A stretch of 61,645 bases of DNA, filler included, from Hausera hauseri (taxonomy: Eukaryota): assembly GCA_046269625.1 (NCBI GenBank). It is 10 parts of 10 records of this genome, joined end to end, with 100 filler letters (N's around TTAATTAATTAA, not from the genome) between each part and the next. Parts side by side here need not be neighbours in the genome. Positions count along the whole stretch, not along the records: positions 47,704 to 51,788 come from JBJURY010770760.1; positions 51,889 to 56,446 come from JBJURY010528456.1; positions 56,547 to 61,645 come from JBJURY010335826.1; 7 more parts are not named here. One strand, written 5' to 3'. A program made the translations under genes and the position numbers. This document shows, one piece after another, positions 50,500-61,645 of this stretch. Each line of letters starts with the position of its first letter. Position 1 is the stretch's first letter. The notes under the pieces are model-generated. The model was not told the DNA's origin, made no database searches, and saw only the letters and a list, made by a program, of their open reading frames with translations.

Positions 50500-50920
50500 G
50501 ACGTCATAAATTTTCATGCAGACAGATCTCTTATGCCACAAATCCTTCTGATATGACGGTACCAGCGACACAGCGCATCTGAACATGATACAAATCAATT
50601 TCAAAACGAAATCTGTGACCTCCATGACGACCCACAACAAATGCCAAACAGAACTGAGTCCACTTGACATATAAAACATAAACAAGCCCCTATATAATTT
50701 ATCCGGTAAATAGACATGATACAACGAAAAAATGCTGCTGATGAGAAACATAACAATCCAAAATCTTTCAAAACGATTTTTTATCGTAACTGCTTGAAAA
50801 GAAATATCGGTAAAAGTAGAATCCGCTACGTGAAACAATAATAAAAAGGCACCAAATACGATAGTTCCCTCAAAATTATTAAACAGAACTTTCAAAAGAA
50901 TAACAATACATCTATGAGCG
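50500..50920 (-). pseudogene. RNFT1/RNFT2-like transmembrane-region fragment (RING absent)
   Basis: LYRGLFMF...VWHLLWVVMEVTDFVLKLICIMFRCAVSLVPS parallels RNFT1 LYYSLIFL...FWEVFWIVGITDFILKFFFMGLKCLILLVPS. Confidence 0.7.
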
Positions 50921-51069
50921 TTGTTGAATTTTTTAAAAGATGTTTGAAAAACAATTCTTGATGATCATGGGACATGGAAAATTCCACCAAAATAGTCTCT
51001 GTTCACAATGTAAATTAACTTTACACCAGTAAAAAAATAATTTTCGCACATAATGAGCTTCTTGTATAT

Positions 51070-51780
51070 GAAATTGGGATAAACGTCATCATATATTTCT
51101 CTCGATTTCCCTTCTCTATGTGTCAAATTCCAAGCTCCAGGGTTAGCTTTCAGCCGATAATTTTCCAAAATGGTCATAACCATAGTGTCGTGAGTAGTTA
51201 TTTAGCATCACTACCAGTAAGAACGAACTGAAGACCTCTAGGAGGTTGACCGGTAGTAAGATCAATAAAGTGACCTTCTAATAGAAGATATTCTAATTCA
51301 TATTGGGCGTGTGCAACACCATCTTTAATATCGTCGAATTTAAGATTGTCAAGATCAAAGACTGACTTAACAGGCTCAACCAGCCAGTTATGAATCGGTT
51401 CGAGACCCTAAGTTAATAATAATTGACCAAGAATCTGCGAAAATATTGCTTTAGGATTTGAAATTGATACTGGAGGATCGAGAACGAGTCGGTAGAAGCT
51501 TTTCAGTGGTTGCTCAGGTAGTTTGTCTTTACAGTTAAAAAGCACCCGGACATTCAAGTTAAGTGCATCTTTCGACACAAGCATAATATGCAACATCTTC
51601 TGTGCTGTTCGACTCAAAGGATCAATTATGGCAACGAGATCGAACGCCCGTTTTGACAAATGACCCATTAGAGAAAATGGTGTATACACTTCTTTTAAAT
51701 CAGTTATGTTAATTTTTACTTGTTGACATAACACCAATTTGAGCAGAGTTGCTCGATTTTGCTAAATCCATCCTTAACGT
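51070..51780 (-). pseudogene. UGGT: UDP-glucose:glycoprotein glucosyltransferase internal fragment
   Basis: FDLVAIIDPLSRTAQK, PLKSFYRLVL, WLVEPVKSVFDLDN, YELEYLLLEGH, TTGQPPRGLQF, LKANPGAW; contains stops. Confidence 0.9.
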
Positions 51781-51989
51781 AGCATGGANNNNNNNNNNNN
51801 NNNNNNNNNNNNNNNNNNNNNNNNNNNNNNNNTTAATTAATTAANNNNNNNNNNNNNNNNNNNNNNNNNNNNNNNNNNNNNNNNNNNNAAGGCCACTTTC
51901 TTTCTCCCTCCTCGGAGAAGAGAAAATCTCACGGAGAATCTGTCACAGAAGACACCACATCAGCCTGTGGTTTCCCGCTCCATTGCTAC

Positions 51990-52127
51990 AGATGAAGTGC
52001 TTGGGTGATTTGTGTGAATGGCTCGGAAGAAAGTCAACGGTAGAGATGATTGAGGGCACCAGGAATCATGAGAGATGGCGATCCATGACGACGACCCACG
52101 CTTCACACCGTGGCACCTTATGATGAT
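51990..52127 (+). mobile_element. RTE-type non-LTR retrotransposon 3' end
   Basis: MKCLGDLCEWLGRKSTVEMIEGTRNHERWRSMTTTHASHRGTL followed by TGATGAT; resembles the ...R.RE.WRSM...HGT* plus (TGA)n ends of RTE-group LINEs. Confidence 0.55.
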
Positions 52128-52498
52128 TTTAGTTGACTGTAGTCAAGAGGTTGACGCCGCCGATGACTCTCGCGTGGACAGATTGTAACCAGGATTTTGG
52201 TTTTTTTTTTTTAACTTGACTCCAGATTTTCAGTTGCCAAGGGATTTTCAATATGCACGAACACGCACGCGGAGGTTCGACCCAGGGATCACGGAAATTT
52301 AATATTATAGAATCCAGAATAAGAACAAACATTTCTACTGCTTCGCACCATGAACATCCAATCATCCAGACAGACGGCTCAGCCTTAGACCACTTAAACT
52401 TAAGACTCAACATGGACAAGCTATCATAATGCCATGTCTGGTAAAATACAAGCAATAAATATGGACTGTCCACCTCTTCCGAGACCAACCTATCAGTT

Positions 52499-52841
52499 TT
52501 GGACAGTCCAGAACCAACACTTTCAAATTTATATTGGAAAGTCCAGAACCAACACTTTCAAATTTGTATTGAACAGTCCAGAACCAACACTTTCAAATTT
52601 GTATTGGACAGTCCAGAACCAACACTTTCAAGTTTGTGTTCGACGGTCCAGAACCAACACTTTCAAATTTGTGTTGGACAGTCAGGAACCAACACTTTCA
52701 AGTTTGTATTGGACAGTCCAGAACCAACACTTTCAAGTTTGTGTTGGACAGTCAGGAACCAACACTTTCAAGTTTGTATTGGATAGTCCAGAACCAGTAT
52801 TTCACGTTTGTAATGGATAGTCCAGAACCAGCACGTTCACG
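52499..52841. repeat. 35-bp minisatellite, about 10 copies
   Basis: Unit GGACAGTCCAGAACCAACACTTTCAA(A/G)TTTGT(A/G)TT starts at 52501, 52536, 52571, 52606, 52641, 52676, 52711, 52746, 52781, 52815. Confidence 0.95.
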
Positions 52842-52934
52842 ATGGATCAACACTCTCCGATCGATTTTGTAAATTGCAGTTAAGTTCGACACGTGATCAT
52901 ACATCTGTGGTTTCCTTGTATTTAATAATGACAG

Positions 52935-53135
52935 TTTCCGTAGCGTTGCGTGTAGTGCGCTCCCTTGCCAATTGCAAAGTGATGGGATCCGGTTCCCAGC
53001 AATGGCAGGTATTATTTTTTTCAAACCGAAACGACTCCAGGGTCTACCAAGCCTCAAAAAGTGGGTACTGGAGAAACAATGAGGCCGTCTTATTCAGACC
53101 ACATATACTAGCAGTTCGCCGTTGGTTAAAAAATA
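52935..53135 (+). mobile_element. Probable tRNA-derived SINE, degenerate
   Basis: Degenerate A-box/B-box head followed by GACTCCAGGGTCTACCAAGCCTCAAAAAGTGGGTAC, similar to conserved central domains of metazoan tRNA SINEs. Confidence 0.4.
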
Positions 53136-53959
53136 TTTGTGGACAGTATGTTTAAATTTTGTGATTCGTTTTGTTCACTGAATGAGTGGATACATGTTTT
53201 TACTTTGCCGGCGACGACAACACGTCTTGTATCCTACCTTCGGTTTATCTTTACTTGTCCACACCCTAACAAAGATTTTATTATATCATTGTTAACACAG
53301 AATCATGGTTTTACAACCACTTGTATTTTGTTGTCCAGCATGCTAGATGATATACAGCATTGTCCTGGACAGCATCACCGGCGAGAGGCTTTACGGTTAC
53401 TGTTTTTTTGTTCTATTTTAACTTTAGATCCATGAAGTCAAACTGCTCCTTACGCTCTTCACTCACCAAGGAAAAATCCCAAATATCAATTGCGTATAAC
53501 CAACAATTTTATTGCCCATTGACCAAATGCCCGACTTTAAAATTACATGATTCACTCAATAATTCATCAGCAATTTTTCCTACATTTTCTGTAACTGATA
53601 TCATTTGTTGCACACTTTTCTGGATGCCATGTTGTAAAACATCAACGGAATACTTGCAGAGGTTCATACATTTGTTCAACAATGAGCAAATTGAGAGTGT
53701 ATCAATTTGTACAATTGCATGTTTTATCGAATTTTGAAAGTCATTCTGTGGATAATCAAATACAGTCCATAGTATCTTACAAAAGATGGTCAAAGCATAT
53801 GAAACATTATTATTGTATAAGTTCTGAGTCAACAATTAAGGAGTTCCAGAATTCAGAAGGCACTAAAAGAAGTACGGATAATGCATTCAAAATTCTAGAC
53901 ATCCCTTGCATCTAATTTATAATCATAGTTAATACAGATAGGAATACTATTTATAGAGG

Positions 53960-54450
53960 TCGACACTGCTCATGGGATTTTGATAATCTTAAGGCGTATT
54001 TCAGAGACTTATTTGAAAAGGCAATGAAGAAATATAAATATGATCCTTTAGACGAATGGCCGAACACATGGTCGTCGTATGTCACATCATTGGATTACCG
54101 AATTCTTCGAAACACAGATTGAAATTAGAAATATTCACGTTAGATACGAAGACGAAATTACCATTTCAGATAGAATATTCGCCGTCGGATTTATCGCCAA
54201 TGGAGTATAGGTGAAGAGTTCCAGTTTTGATTGGAAATCAAAAAAACAACCCATTAATGACACAAATTCCATTCAAAAGATTATGGACTGTAAAGGTATA
54301 AGATTATACGTTGATACAGACTGCATTTGTTGATCCGAAGTTATCGAATTAGTTGAAATGAAGATTCTGCTAGATAATAAGAAAACATCATGGAATGAAG
54401 CTGATTACATTGTAAGACCAAATTCGTTGAGTGGTAAAATGAAGAGACTT
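53960..54450 (+). pseudogene. VPS13: VPS13 N-terminal (chorein-N region) fragment
   Basis: WSSYVTSL..RILRN/IEIRNIHVRYED...IFAVGF...VKSSSFDWK...YIVRP; stops and frameshift. Confidence 0.75.
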
Positions 54451-54637
54451 AACCCTCCGTTGCCACTGGTCGACAGACCGAGAAATGAACTTCAGATCGA
54501 AATGAAAGAACAGGAGTAAGGGGAGTGGAGGACACGACACCAATGTAAATTTTCTATCTCGAGACTCCCCAGGATTGGAAATCAATAATCAATGATTTTA
54601 TATGGGAAAAATTTGGAAATAAATATTTTTTATATTA

Positions 54638-54704
54638 ATTGGCGTAGTCGGGGTTTCACTATTCCCACCCCAAAATTTGTTTTAATTTTGCAAAGTTGAT
54701 ATAA
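54638..54704 (+). repeat. Inverted copy of the inner part of the Polinton-type terminal repeat at 32930-32995
   Basis: Reverse complement TTATATCAACTTTGCAAAATTAAAACAAA...GGTGGGAATAGTGAAACC.CGAC.ACGCCAAT matches 32932-32996. Confidence 0.85.
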
Positions 54705-54738
54705 GTACGCCTGTGTAAGTGTCACTTGTGAATAAAAA

Positions 54739-54966
54739 ATGTCTCAACCGGATACTTTGTCAACATTTAAATCGAAAATGACACTTTATGGAGCATTGTT
54801 AAAGTTGAAACAAGAAGAAATTCATCAAGAATTACACGAAGTGAAGGCTTTATTTTCTACGACAGATGATTTAGTGTATATAGCACCAGAGGTTCTGTTG
54901 GAATTAGTTCGAAGCAGACTGATTTATGCTACACCGATGATTGATAAAATAGTCAAAATGGTATAA
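54739..54966 (+). CDS. Hypothetical 75-aa protein just inside the terminal-repeat copy
   Basis: ATG in AAAAAATG context ~35 nt after GATATAAG; AATAAA downstream. Confidence 0.4.
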   Translation: MSQPDTLSTFKSKMTLYGALLKLKQEEIHQELHEVKALFSTTDDLVYIAPEVLLELVRSRLIYATPMIDKIVKMV

Positions 54967-55191
54967 GAATTGGGAAACAGTCAGAAGGAACTAAACAATG
55001 TAATTGGTGACTTTGTTAAATATGAATAAATGTTTGTTAAATAAATTTTGTATTCAATGTCTTGTTAAATAAATCTTATATTCAGTGTCTTGTTGTTGTT
55101 TTATAAAAGTAAGATGACAAAAACACACATAAAAATTTTATTACATAACAAGTACATAACAACTGCATAACAATTTACTAAAAATTCAAGT

Positions 55192-55740
55192 CTATAGTTT
55201 TTTTCTTCGTTCAATGTCCTTTGCGCCAACATTCATTATGATATCATAAATGATCATACATCGCGTGACGAATTCAACGTGTTCTCGGACATTTGTTGGC
55301 AATTTGGGTTCTGGCATAATTCTTCCTTTGTGAAATATGCCACTTTCAATTGTATCTGTTAATTGTTTGAGAAGATTGTAAATATTGAAATCCTTTGAAT
55401 AAGTGTAAATTTCAGTAGCATAGGCATTAGACTGGTAAATCTTAGCTAGTTGATCCACATATTCATCAAATAGTCTTTTATCATTTTTGCTCTCATCTGA
55501 ACTTTCATCATTTGTTTTACACTCTTCAGAACTTTCACAATCCTATTAAAATAATTAAGTCAAGTATATGGAACATAAAATTATACGCTTATCCAGAATT
55601 AACTGACCGAACCACATGTACCATCTCCATGCCGTTGCAAATATATCTTGAGCAATTCTCTTAGAGTCATCGGGTCCCATTAAGTTTTCCCAATTAGCTT
55701 TCCCGGTGTGTTCGGACAATACTTTGATAGACATTTCCAA
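55192..55740 (-). pseudogene. Two co-oriented small ORFs (55192-55458, 55555-55740), possibly one interrupted virus-like accessory gene
   Basis: Protein-like composition; converges on the 54739 ORF across an AT-rich spacer with poly(A) signals on both strands. Confidence 0.35.
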
Positions 55741-56561
55741 TCCAGATTTAACAATTCCTTCATATGCAAAACTATTTCAAAGGCTGGTTAATTTCAAATG
55801 TTTAAGTTTCTTTTAACAAACAAATCAGTCTTTCAGCAATGATGAGTTTCCATATTTATAGTTTTATATTCTTTCTTGATCGTATTACAGTATTTATAAA
55901 TAGAGATTTTATTCTATTTACAATTAACCTGCCCCTGTCGGCCCATAAAATTGTATTTTTTATTACAAAAAAAATGGTGACCTTTGATTTAAATAATGGA
56001 GTGCTACGTTGCTATACGAGCCTGAGGGACATGGTTCAATCCCCCCTAATCAGTGTCTGAGAGGAGTTCCTCATGAACACTACATGTTCAGATCAGTTGC
56101 ATCCTCCTTTCTTCCATTATTACCTCAGCCCAGTTAAAAAGCTGTGTTCTTGTAATTGTCCCCCAAGGCTCTTTGATTTACTGGAATGATGATTTTTAAT
56201 GCTTTCATTATCAGAATTGGGATCCGGTGAATTCTAGAGAAGATGTAAGAAATGATCTAAAGAACAATGATAAGAACAGGAAAGACTTTCCTTTAAGTGT
56301 CTAAGGGTCATAAGACCTGAACTACTCTGCTGATGGGGAGTCCAGTAAAAAAACTTGAATTATTAACTGCATTATGGACTGAAAGATGTAACCTCCTCCA
56401 TGGTTACTCTTAATAGAGCTTCAATCACCTCTACCTAGCCCAGATGNNNNNNNNNNNNNNNNNNNNNNNNNNNNNNNNNNNNNNNNNNNNTTAATTAATT
56501 AANNNNNNNNNNNNNNNNNNNNNNNNNNNNNNNNNNNNNNNNNNNNTGTTATTTTAGTTTA

Positions 56562-56668
56562 ATTTTATTGAATTAAATTTTAAATTTTATTGAATTCAAT
56601 TTTAAATTTTATTGAATTCAATTTTAAATTTTATTGAATTCAATTTTAAATTTTATTGAATTTTATTG
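56562..56668. repeat. 22-bp AT-rich tandem repeat, about 4.5 copies
   Basis: Unit ATTTTATTGAATTCAATTTTAA. Confidence 0.9.
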
Positions 56669-56687
56669 TTTTAGTTTATCCATTTAA

Positions 56688-56898
56688 CCCGGCTTTAGAC
56701 GGGTTGAGTTTAATAGACCCAGTAAGTAATAGGTCGAGATTTTTGTAATGGATTTCTCAAACGGGTAACCCTGTACTTTTTAATACCTTTCCAAAAGCAC
56801 TTGAATTTCTTGTTCCGAAAGGTTTCAGTTTATTACACGATTGGTCCAACACACCAAACATTTAATCGTGTTACTTTTTTTACCCGCTTACTGCCAGG
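56688..56898. mobile_element. piggyBac-type MITE
   Basis: TTAA on both sides (56684-56687, 56899-56902); imperfect TIRs CCCGGCTTTAGACGGG / CCTGGCAGTAAGCGGG. Confidence 0.5.
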
Positions 56899-58423
56899 TT
56901 AATGTTAGAATCTAAATATATTATATATTATTTACAGACGGAAAATGCTCATATATACGCTGCCATTGTCTTTTCATAAGTGTTTTGTTCAAAGATATAC
57001 AATTTCATTGAATAAAATCATGCATAAAGCCGATCTTAATTGTATTAGTTGCATATCAATTATTTGATCCGTGTACTAAATTGTCAATCTACTGTATATG
57101 TACAATATGTTCTTTAAATTTGTTACATTATATGTTAGGGTATGTTTGCCACCGAAATAATGCATTCTCTCTGATTTTAATTAAATTTGAAAACTTTCAG
57201 CTTACAAAATTAATTTATATATCAAAACGATTTTTGAATGTTTCCACTTTAAAATTTAAATTTCTCTACACATCAATGAATAGCTGCAGCTAGAATTTTG
57301 CCAGAATTTTTATCAAAGCGTTTTTACATTTCAGGTAAACTTTTACTAAATTTAGCTTGGGACAGTTCATGAATGTTCCTTATAAGCATACAAGGAAAAC
57401 TGTGCTATGTTGTTGAAATATGTTAGAGAAAGTCGTTCGACAATGAAATCGGTATATGATAAATTGTTCCATTGAATTGACTGTATCGATTAATTAAAGA
57501 ACAGCTAGAGTCTCGAAGACGTGAAACTATGTGCTACTTAAGATTGTATTTAACTTCACATTAATTTATAAATAACAGTTCGAAGTTAATGAAAATTTGG
57601 TTTGATTTATTGTTCAATCTCCGTCAATTTATGCGGGAGAGCTTTATTAATAATTAGAACTTTGCGTTTACCTAAGATATAAATTAACGGGAGAACAGAA
57701 TTAATAACTTTACTTTAATGCGCAATTACGCTGGTAACAGGAGAAATGACGCGAGAGAACGAATGCCAACATACCTATCTACCCTATGGGTAATGTGTAG
57801 GGATCAAAGTGATATATTTTCTTCTTTACTCACTACTGTTTACTTTGTATGAACTTATTTGGAATTACTGATGACGCAGTCCGGTCGTGTACCGAGTCTG
57901 CTATCAGTTACTTATAGCGCTTACTTAATTACTTTAGTTAATTAGCAATTAGCGAAAAGTCAATAAAGAAAATAACAAAAGAAAGTACAATGTATCATAG
58001 ACTTACAGGAGTTCATTGTCATAGACGTTTAGTCAAAAATATTTCTCTTTTCATCTTGTAAGAGTAACGTATTTATAGTAAAATTTCGTACATAAGTTCA
58101 TGTGAAAATTTACACAATAAAATAACCGCAAATGTAAATAATTATCCGTTAATGTACACCAATGTTTTATTTAATGGTTTGGACCACAGTAAATGTTTAT
58201 GATGATGTCCGATCAGGTAAAGTCATTTAAATCACATTTGTCTGAATAATTAGTAATGCCAACGAATTGTTCGATTATCAATGAATTGTTCAAAATCAGA
58301 ATTGCTTGAAATAAGAATGTTTCAATAATTTGATTGGGAGTCGAAGAAAATTGCCCCAATTTTATTGATCTAACTATGGTTCTGTGTATTACTTTGCTGG
58401 TATTAGATCAGTATCTGCGTCTG

Positions 58424-59020
58424 CTAAGTAGATTTCCTCTCAATAACAATTGTTTCATCGAATTGTACACTTCTTTTTCTTCCTGCTGTAATTGGTGTAT
58501 TTAACAACTTATCGGAGACCAAGCTAGTGTCGATCCGTTCATCTTGCCACTTTAGAGATTTTATAGTGCTTGATAGCATTGCACCAGTGTCCAGATTCTG
58601 GTGTATTTTGCAAGTAAACTTTATTTTAACGAAATCTGAATCAGGTTTGATTGATATTATTAATGCAGTCGGGGCGGTAATGACTGTCATATTCTCTAAA
58701 CTACAGCTTTTTGGGCGATAATAGCACGCGTGTGGACGAATCAGAACGGTTATTTCTCTTTCGTTACTTTTATTAATTAACGGAGGATGTACTGGTGGCT
58801 TTGTGACTTTTTCGTATTTTCCATTGTATTCGATTGAGTTCTTATAACGTATGTACATCGTTGGACCCTTATGCTTCAGAATATTTCGAACAGCTCCATA
58901 TTCTTTACGGGTCACTCGATAGTATAAGGAATATATTTTCCCTCTAATTACGTTACAACATGTTTGAAATAATTCATGGGTTATTTCACATTTCTTTGGT
59001 ACTCTGATTATCTTTTTCAT
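58424..59020 (-). CDS. Hypothetical basic 198-aa protein with C-terminal RVxF-like motif
   Basis: Intact ATG-stop ORF; ends ...GRKRSVQFDETIVI... Confidence 0.5.
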   Translation of the reverse strand: MKKIIRVPKKCEITHELFQTCCNVIRGKIYSLYYRVTRKEYGAVRNILKHKGPTMYIRYKNSIEYNGKYEKVTKPPVHPPLINKSNEREITVLIRPHACYYRPKSCSLENMTVITAPTALIISIKPDSDFVKIKFTCKIHQNLDTGAMLSSTIKSLKWQDERIDTSLVSDKLLNTPITAGRKRSVQFDETIVIERKST

Positions 59021-59043
59021 GTATTAGTCTTACTAATACTATA

Positions 59044-60319
59044 CGCGACAAAAAATCTGTAATTTATTACAATTTAAAATCTGTAATTTCTATGGGTCTT
59101 CTAAATTTTTCTAAAATTTTTGTTTCAATTGATTAGTTTATTGCACTTCCTTCAAGAATTTCCTATGATATTGTTTAAGCCACAGTTTTTCAGTATTACG
59201 TCAGTGTCAAAATACGCATTCACAGTCATGAGTGAACTGGACAATAGACATCGACTATACCATCTCCTAGAGGCAGAAATCACAGAGGCTCAGGAACTAC
59301 ATCAAAGAACAGGGATTTCTTTATCTACCATATGTAGTATTAAAGACCACATTTTGTCTGGCCTACCTTATGGAAGGCTAAGTAGAAGTGGATGACCCCG
59401 GCTTCTTAAGGCTAATGACCGCCGCCGCGTTTCACAAATAGCTCGATGGCATCCTAAATGGTCTGCTGCTCACATTGGTGTTTCTGCTGAGAAAAGGAAA
59501 CTATGCACGTATCTTCAAGGACAATTTAGAGAACGCTTCATGACATGGGTTATCTGAAATTAATTGCGAAGAAAGTTCCGTTTCTTACTGCAGCTCACAA
59601 GCAAGCTCGTTGCGATTGGTACCGCCAGTTTCTTGAGGATGACATGAAGGACATATTCTTTACTGATGAAGCAGCATTCCAATTCTATCAAATCACCTTA
59701 AAGCAATGGACAAAGAAAGGAAGACCTAGTAAACATGTCCCAAAGTATTCTCGGAAAGTGAATTTGTGGAGCGGTATTAGCTTTCGTGGACAGAACAGCA
59801 TCGACATGAGAAAGGATAACATCGACTCTCACATGTACATTGAAATCCTCGAAAACCACCTACTCTCATCTGCCAATTCATTGTATCGTCGTCGCTGGCG
59901 TCTACAGCACGCTAATGCTACTCCCCACACCACCAAAGTCACAAAATTCTGGCTCGAGGCTCATGATATCACTGTAATTCCATGGCCTGCGGCTAGTCCA
60001 GACATGAATCCTGTGGAAAATGTGTAGAAAATCATGAAAGACCGATTGGAAGCTGCAGAGCCAAAAAGCCTGGACGACTGGCAGCAATCAATAGTTGAGA
60101 CATGGAACAGCATACACAGTTATAAGATAAAGCTTCTTATTCACAGTCCAAAAAACGCTTTGAGGATGTGCTATCCAATAATGAAGATAATATAGATTCT
60201 TGATATTTTATTCTTGTATTCACTTATTCATGCTCTATCTTACCAACAAATATAATTCTTGGTTTACATCGCCTTGTTTCATAGTAACAGAAAAATATTT
60301 TCCAGATTTTTCTGTCGCG
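59044..60319 (+). mobile_element. Full-length decayed Tc1-family (DD34E-type) transposon
   Basis: TA flanks at 59042-59043 and 60320-60321; TIR CGCGACA(G)AAAAATCTG; transposase from ATG 59228 with FFTDE, LQHANATPH, WPAASPDMNPVENV; stops and frameshifts. Confidence 0.92.
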
Positions 60320-60519
60320 TACACGTATAATACATACATTCAAATCATAAAGACACCTCAACACACAAAATACGAATATTTATTGTACAATTTCGTTGTA
60401 AAACTTCAAACGCCCACTTAATGTACAAATTTTCAAAATTGTGCACGAGAATGCAACAATTGAAGTAGAACTATTGTGCACATTTTTTGAAAATTGTATA
60501 TATATAAATAGGAAAAAAA

Positions 60520-60928
60520 TGCGGGTTCTCCCTCACCCCGGGGGTGGCTGCGCGGTGCCAAATCGATAGTTCAATGTGCTAATCGACAGTGCACATTGAA
60601 CACTATCAATCGGTTAAGTGCTAGGCAACGGTTCGGTTTGGTACCGCTGATGGAGGCACTTTTGCACATTTAACAAATAGATCGCTGAACATTGCACAAC
60701 TGATCGAATCGATCGGGATAAAGTTCTAATCGATAGAGCATATAGAGACGCATCGATCATTATACAGTGCAAGTGTGCTGCATATGTGCAAGTGTTTAAA
60801 AATCAATAATATCTGATTTCCGATATTTCCAATATTGATAATTAGCACATTTCGAGACTGCAGTTCATACGAGTTTTTGACTGGCTACAACACTGTGCGT
60901 ATCAAGTTCAACTGAGGGAGAACCCGCA
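60520..60928 (+). repeat. LTR-like unit (409 bp) related to the 3' LTR of the ORF3-bearing Gypsy
   Basis: Starts TG and ends CA with a perfect 16-bp terminal inverted repeat TGCGGGTTCTCCCTCA/TGAGGGAGAACCCGCA; 60536-60671 is homologous to 32695-32829. Confidence 0.7.
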
Positions 60929-61645
60929 TAGGTTTTTTAGGCCCTAAGGAAGTAAAATTCGACAAATATTTAAGCGGGAACAGATAGGAAGTGCCATATT
61001 GTAACCCGTATCTTCCATCCCGGATTTCCAAAATTCGGTACACAAATCGAACAAATATCGATTTTCACCGAACAGTATCGATTATCTCAACACCCTTAAA
61101 TTTTTTGAGAAATCTAAGAGGGCCAGTCGATTCCTCATGTCTCAGTGCATCTATATAGCACTTTGCAGATGTGTCGCACACGTGCAAGTGTGCTTTAATC
61201 AATAATAACGGTTTTCCGATAAAACCTTTGAAGTTGATTTTAGCACACAAGCAAGTGAAAATCGAAAAATGTAAAAGCGCACACACATAGAAACAAAGAT
61301 GTGCTGTATCCGATTATGACGTCAGATTTTCGGAAACTCGAATACAAGTCGAACTTTTCGAATAATTGATATTGTAATCGAATATGAGCAAAAATCGAAA
61401 AATCTAAAAGCGTAGAGATAGAAACCCATATATGAAGAACCGGAATATGACGTCAGACATTCGAAAAGATATTTAAATAAAAAGCCGATTTTTCGATCGA
61501 ATTCGAATAGTACCATCGGATTCCTAATGTCCGAAAACCTTTGTAGACCAAAAATAGGGTGTTCAGTGTTTGGAACAGTCTCGAAATGAATAAAACATTG
61601 AAAAATTCGATAATATTCGGTCAAGAATAAATTATTGGAACAATC

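Noticed and set aside
52499-52841. CRISPR-like array (35-bp units with a dyad)
   Set aside because: Units are head-to-tail with no unique spacers, no cas genes are present, and the context is eukaryotic. The overlapping ORFs at 52434-52872 are repeat artefacts.
56050-56446. CpG-poor stretch suggestive of an RNA-virus insert
   Set aside because: No sustained reading frame or recognisable motif in the frames examined.
60421-60502. Short imperfect inverted repeat
   Set aside because: AT-rich ~26-bp arms with no TSD or second copy in the window; too little evidence to classify.

Overview
AT-rich eukaryotic (probably invertebrate animal) genomic DNA. It consists of ten 4-10 kb segments joined by artificial 100-nt spacers (44 N + TTAATTAATTAA + 44 N), so adjacency across spacers is not reliable. 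Content is mostly decayed mobile DNA: a Polinton/adintovirus-like piece with a disrupted protein-primed PolB and small intact accessory ORFs, a separate Polinton-type terminus (AGTAGTAG), a ~10 kb degenerate (TTCG)n satellite with higher-order structure, several Ty3/Gypsy remnants, Tc1 and maT-like transposons, a Penelope-like 3' end with a hammerhead ribozyme motif, RTE/SINE/MITE relics and solo-LTR-like units. Host-type sequence comprises a 5.9 kb coding exon for a repetitive low-complexity protein and disabled gene fragments (UGGT, RNFT1/2, DPP8/9, VPS13, PDI-like, pecanex-like, double RING). The most novel-looking item is a Gypsy element (27482-32829). Its pol is followed, in the env position, by a decayed type-I membrane protein ORF with three fibronectin-III-like Cys-containing repeats, then by a fourth ORF behind a splice-acceptor-like site. 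All protein identities come from by-eye motif recognition; no searches were run.
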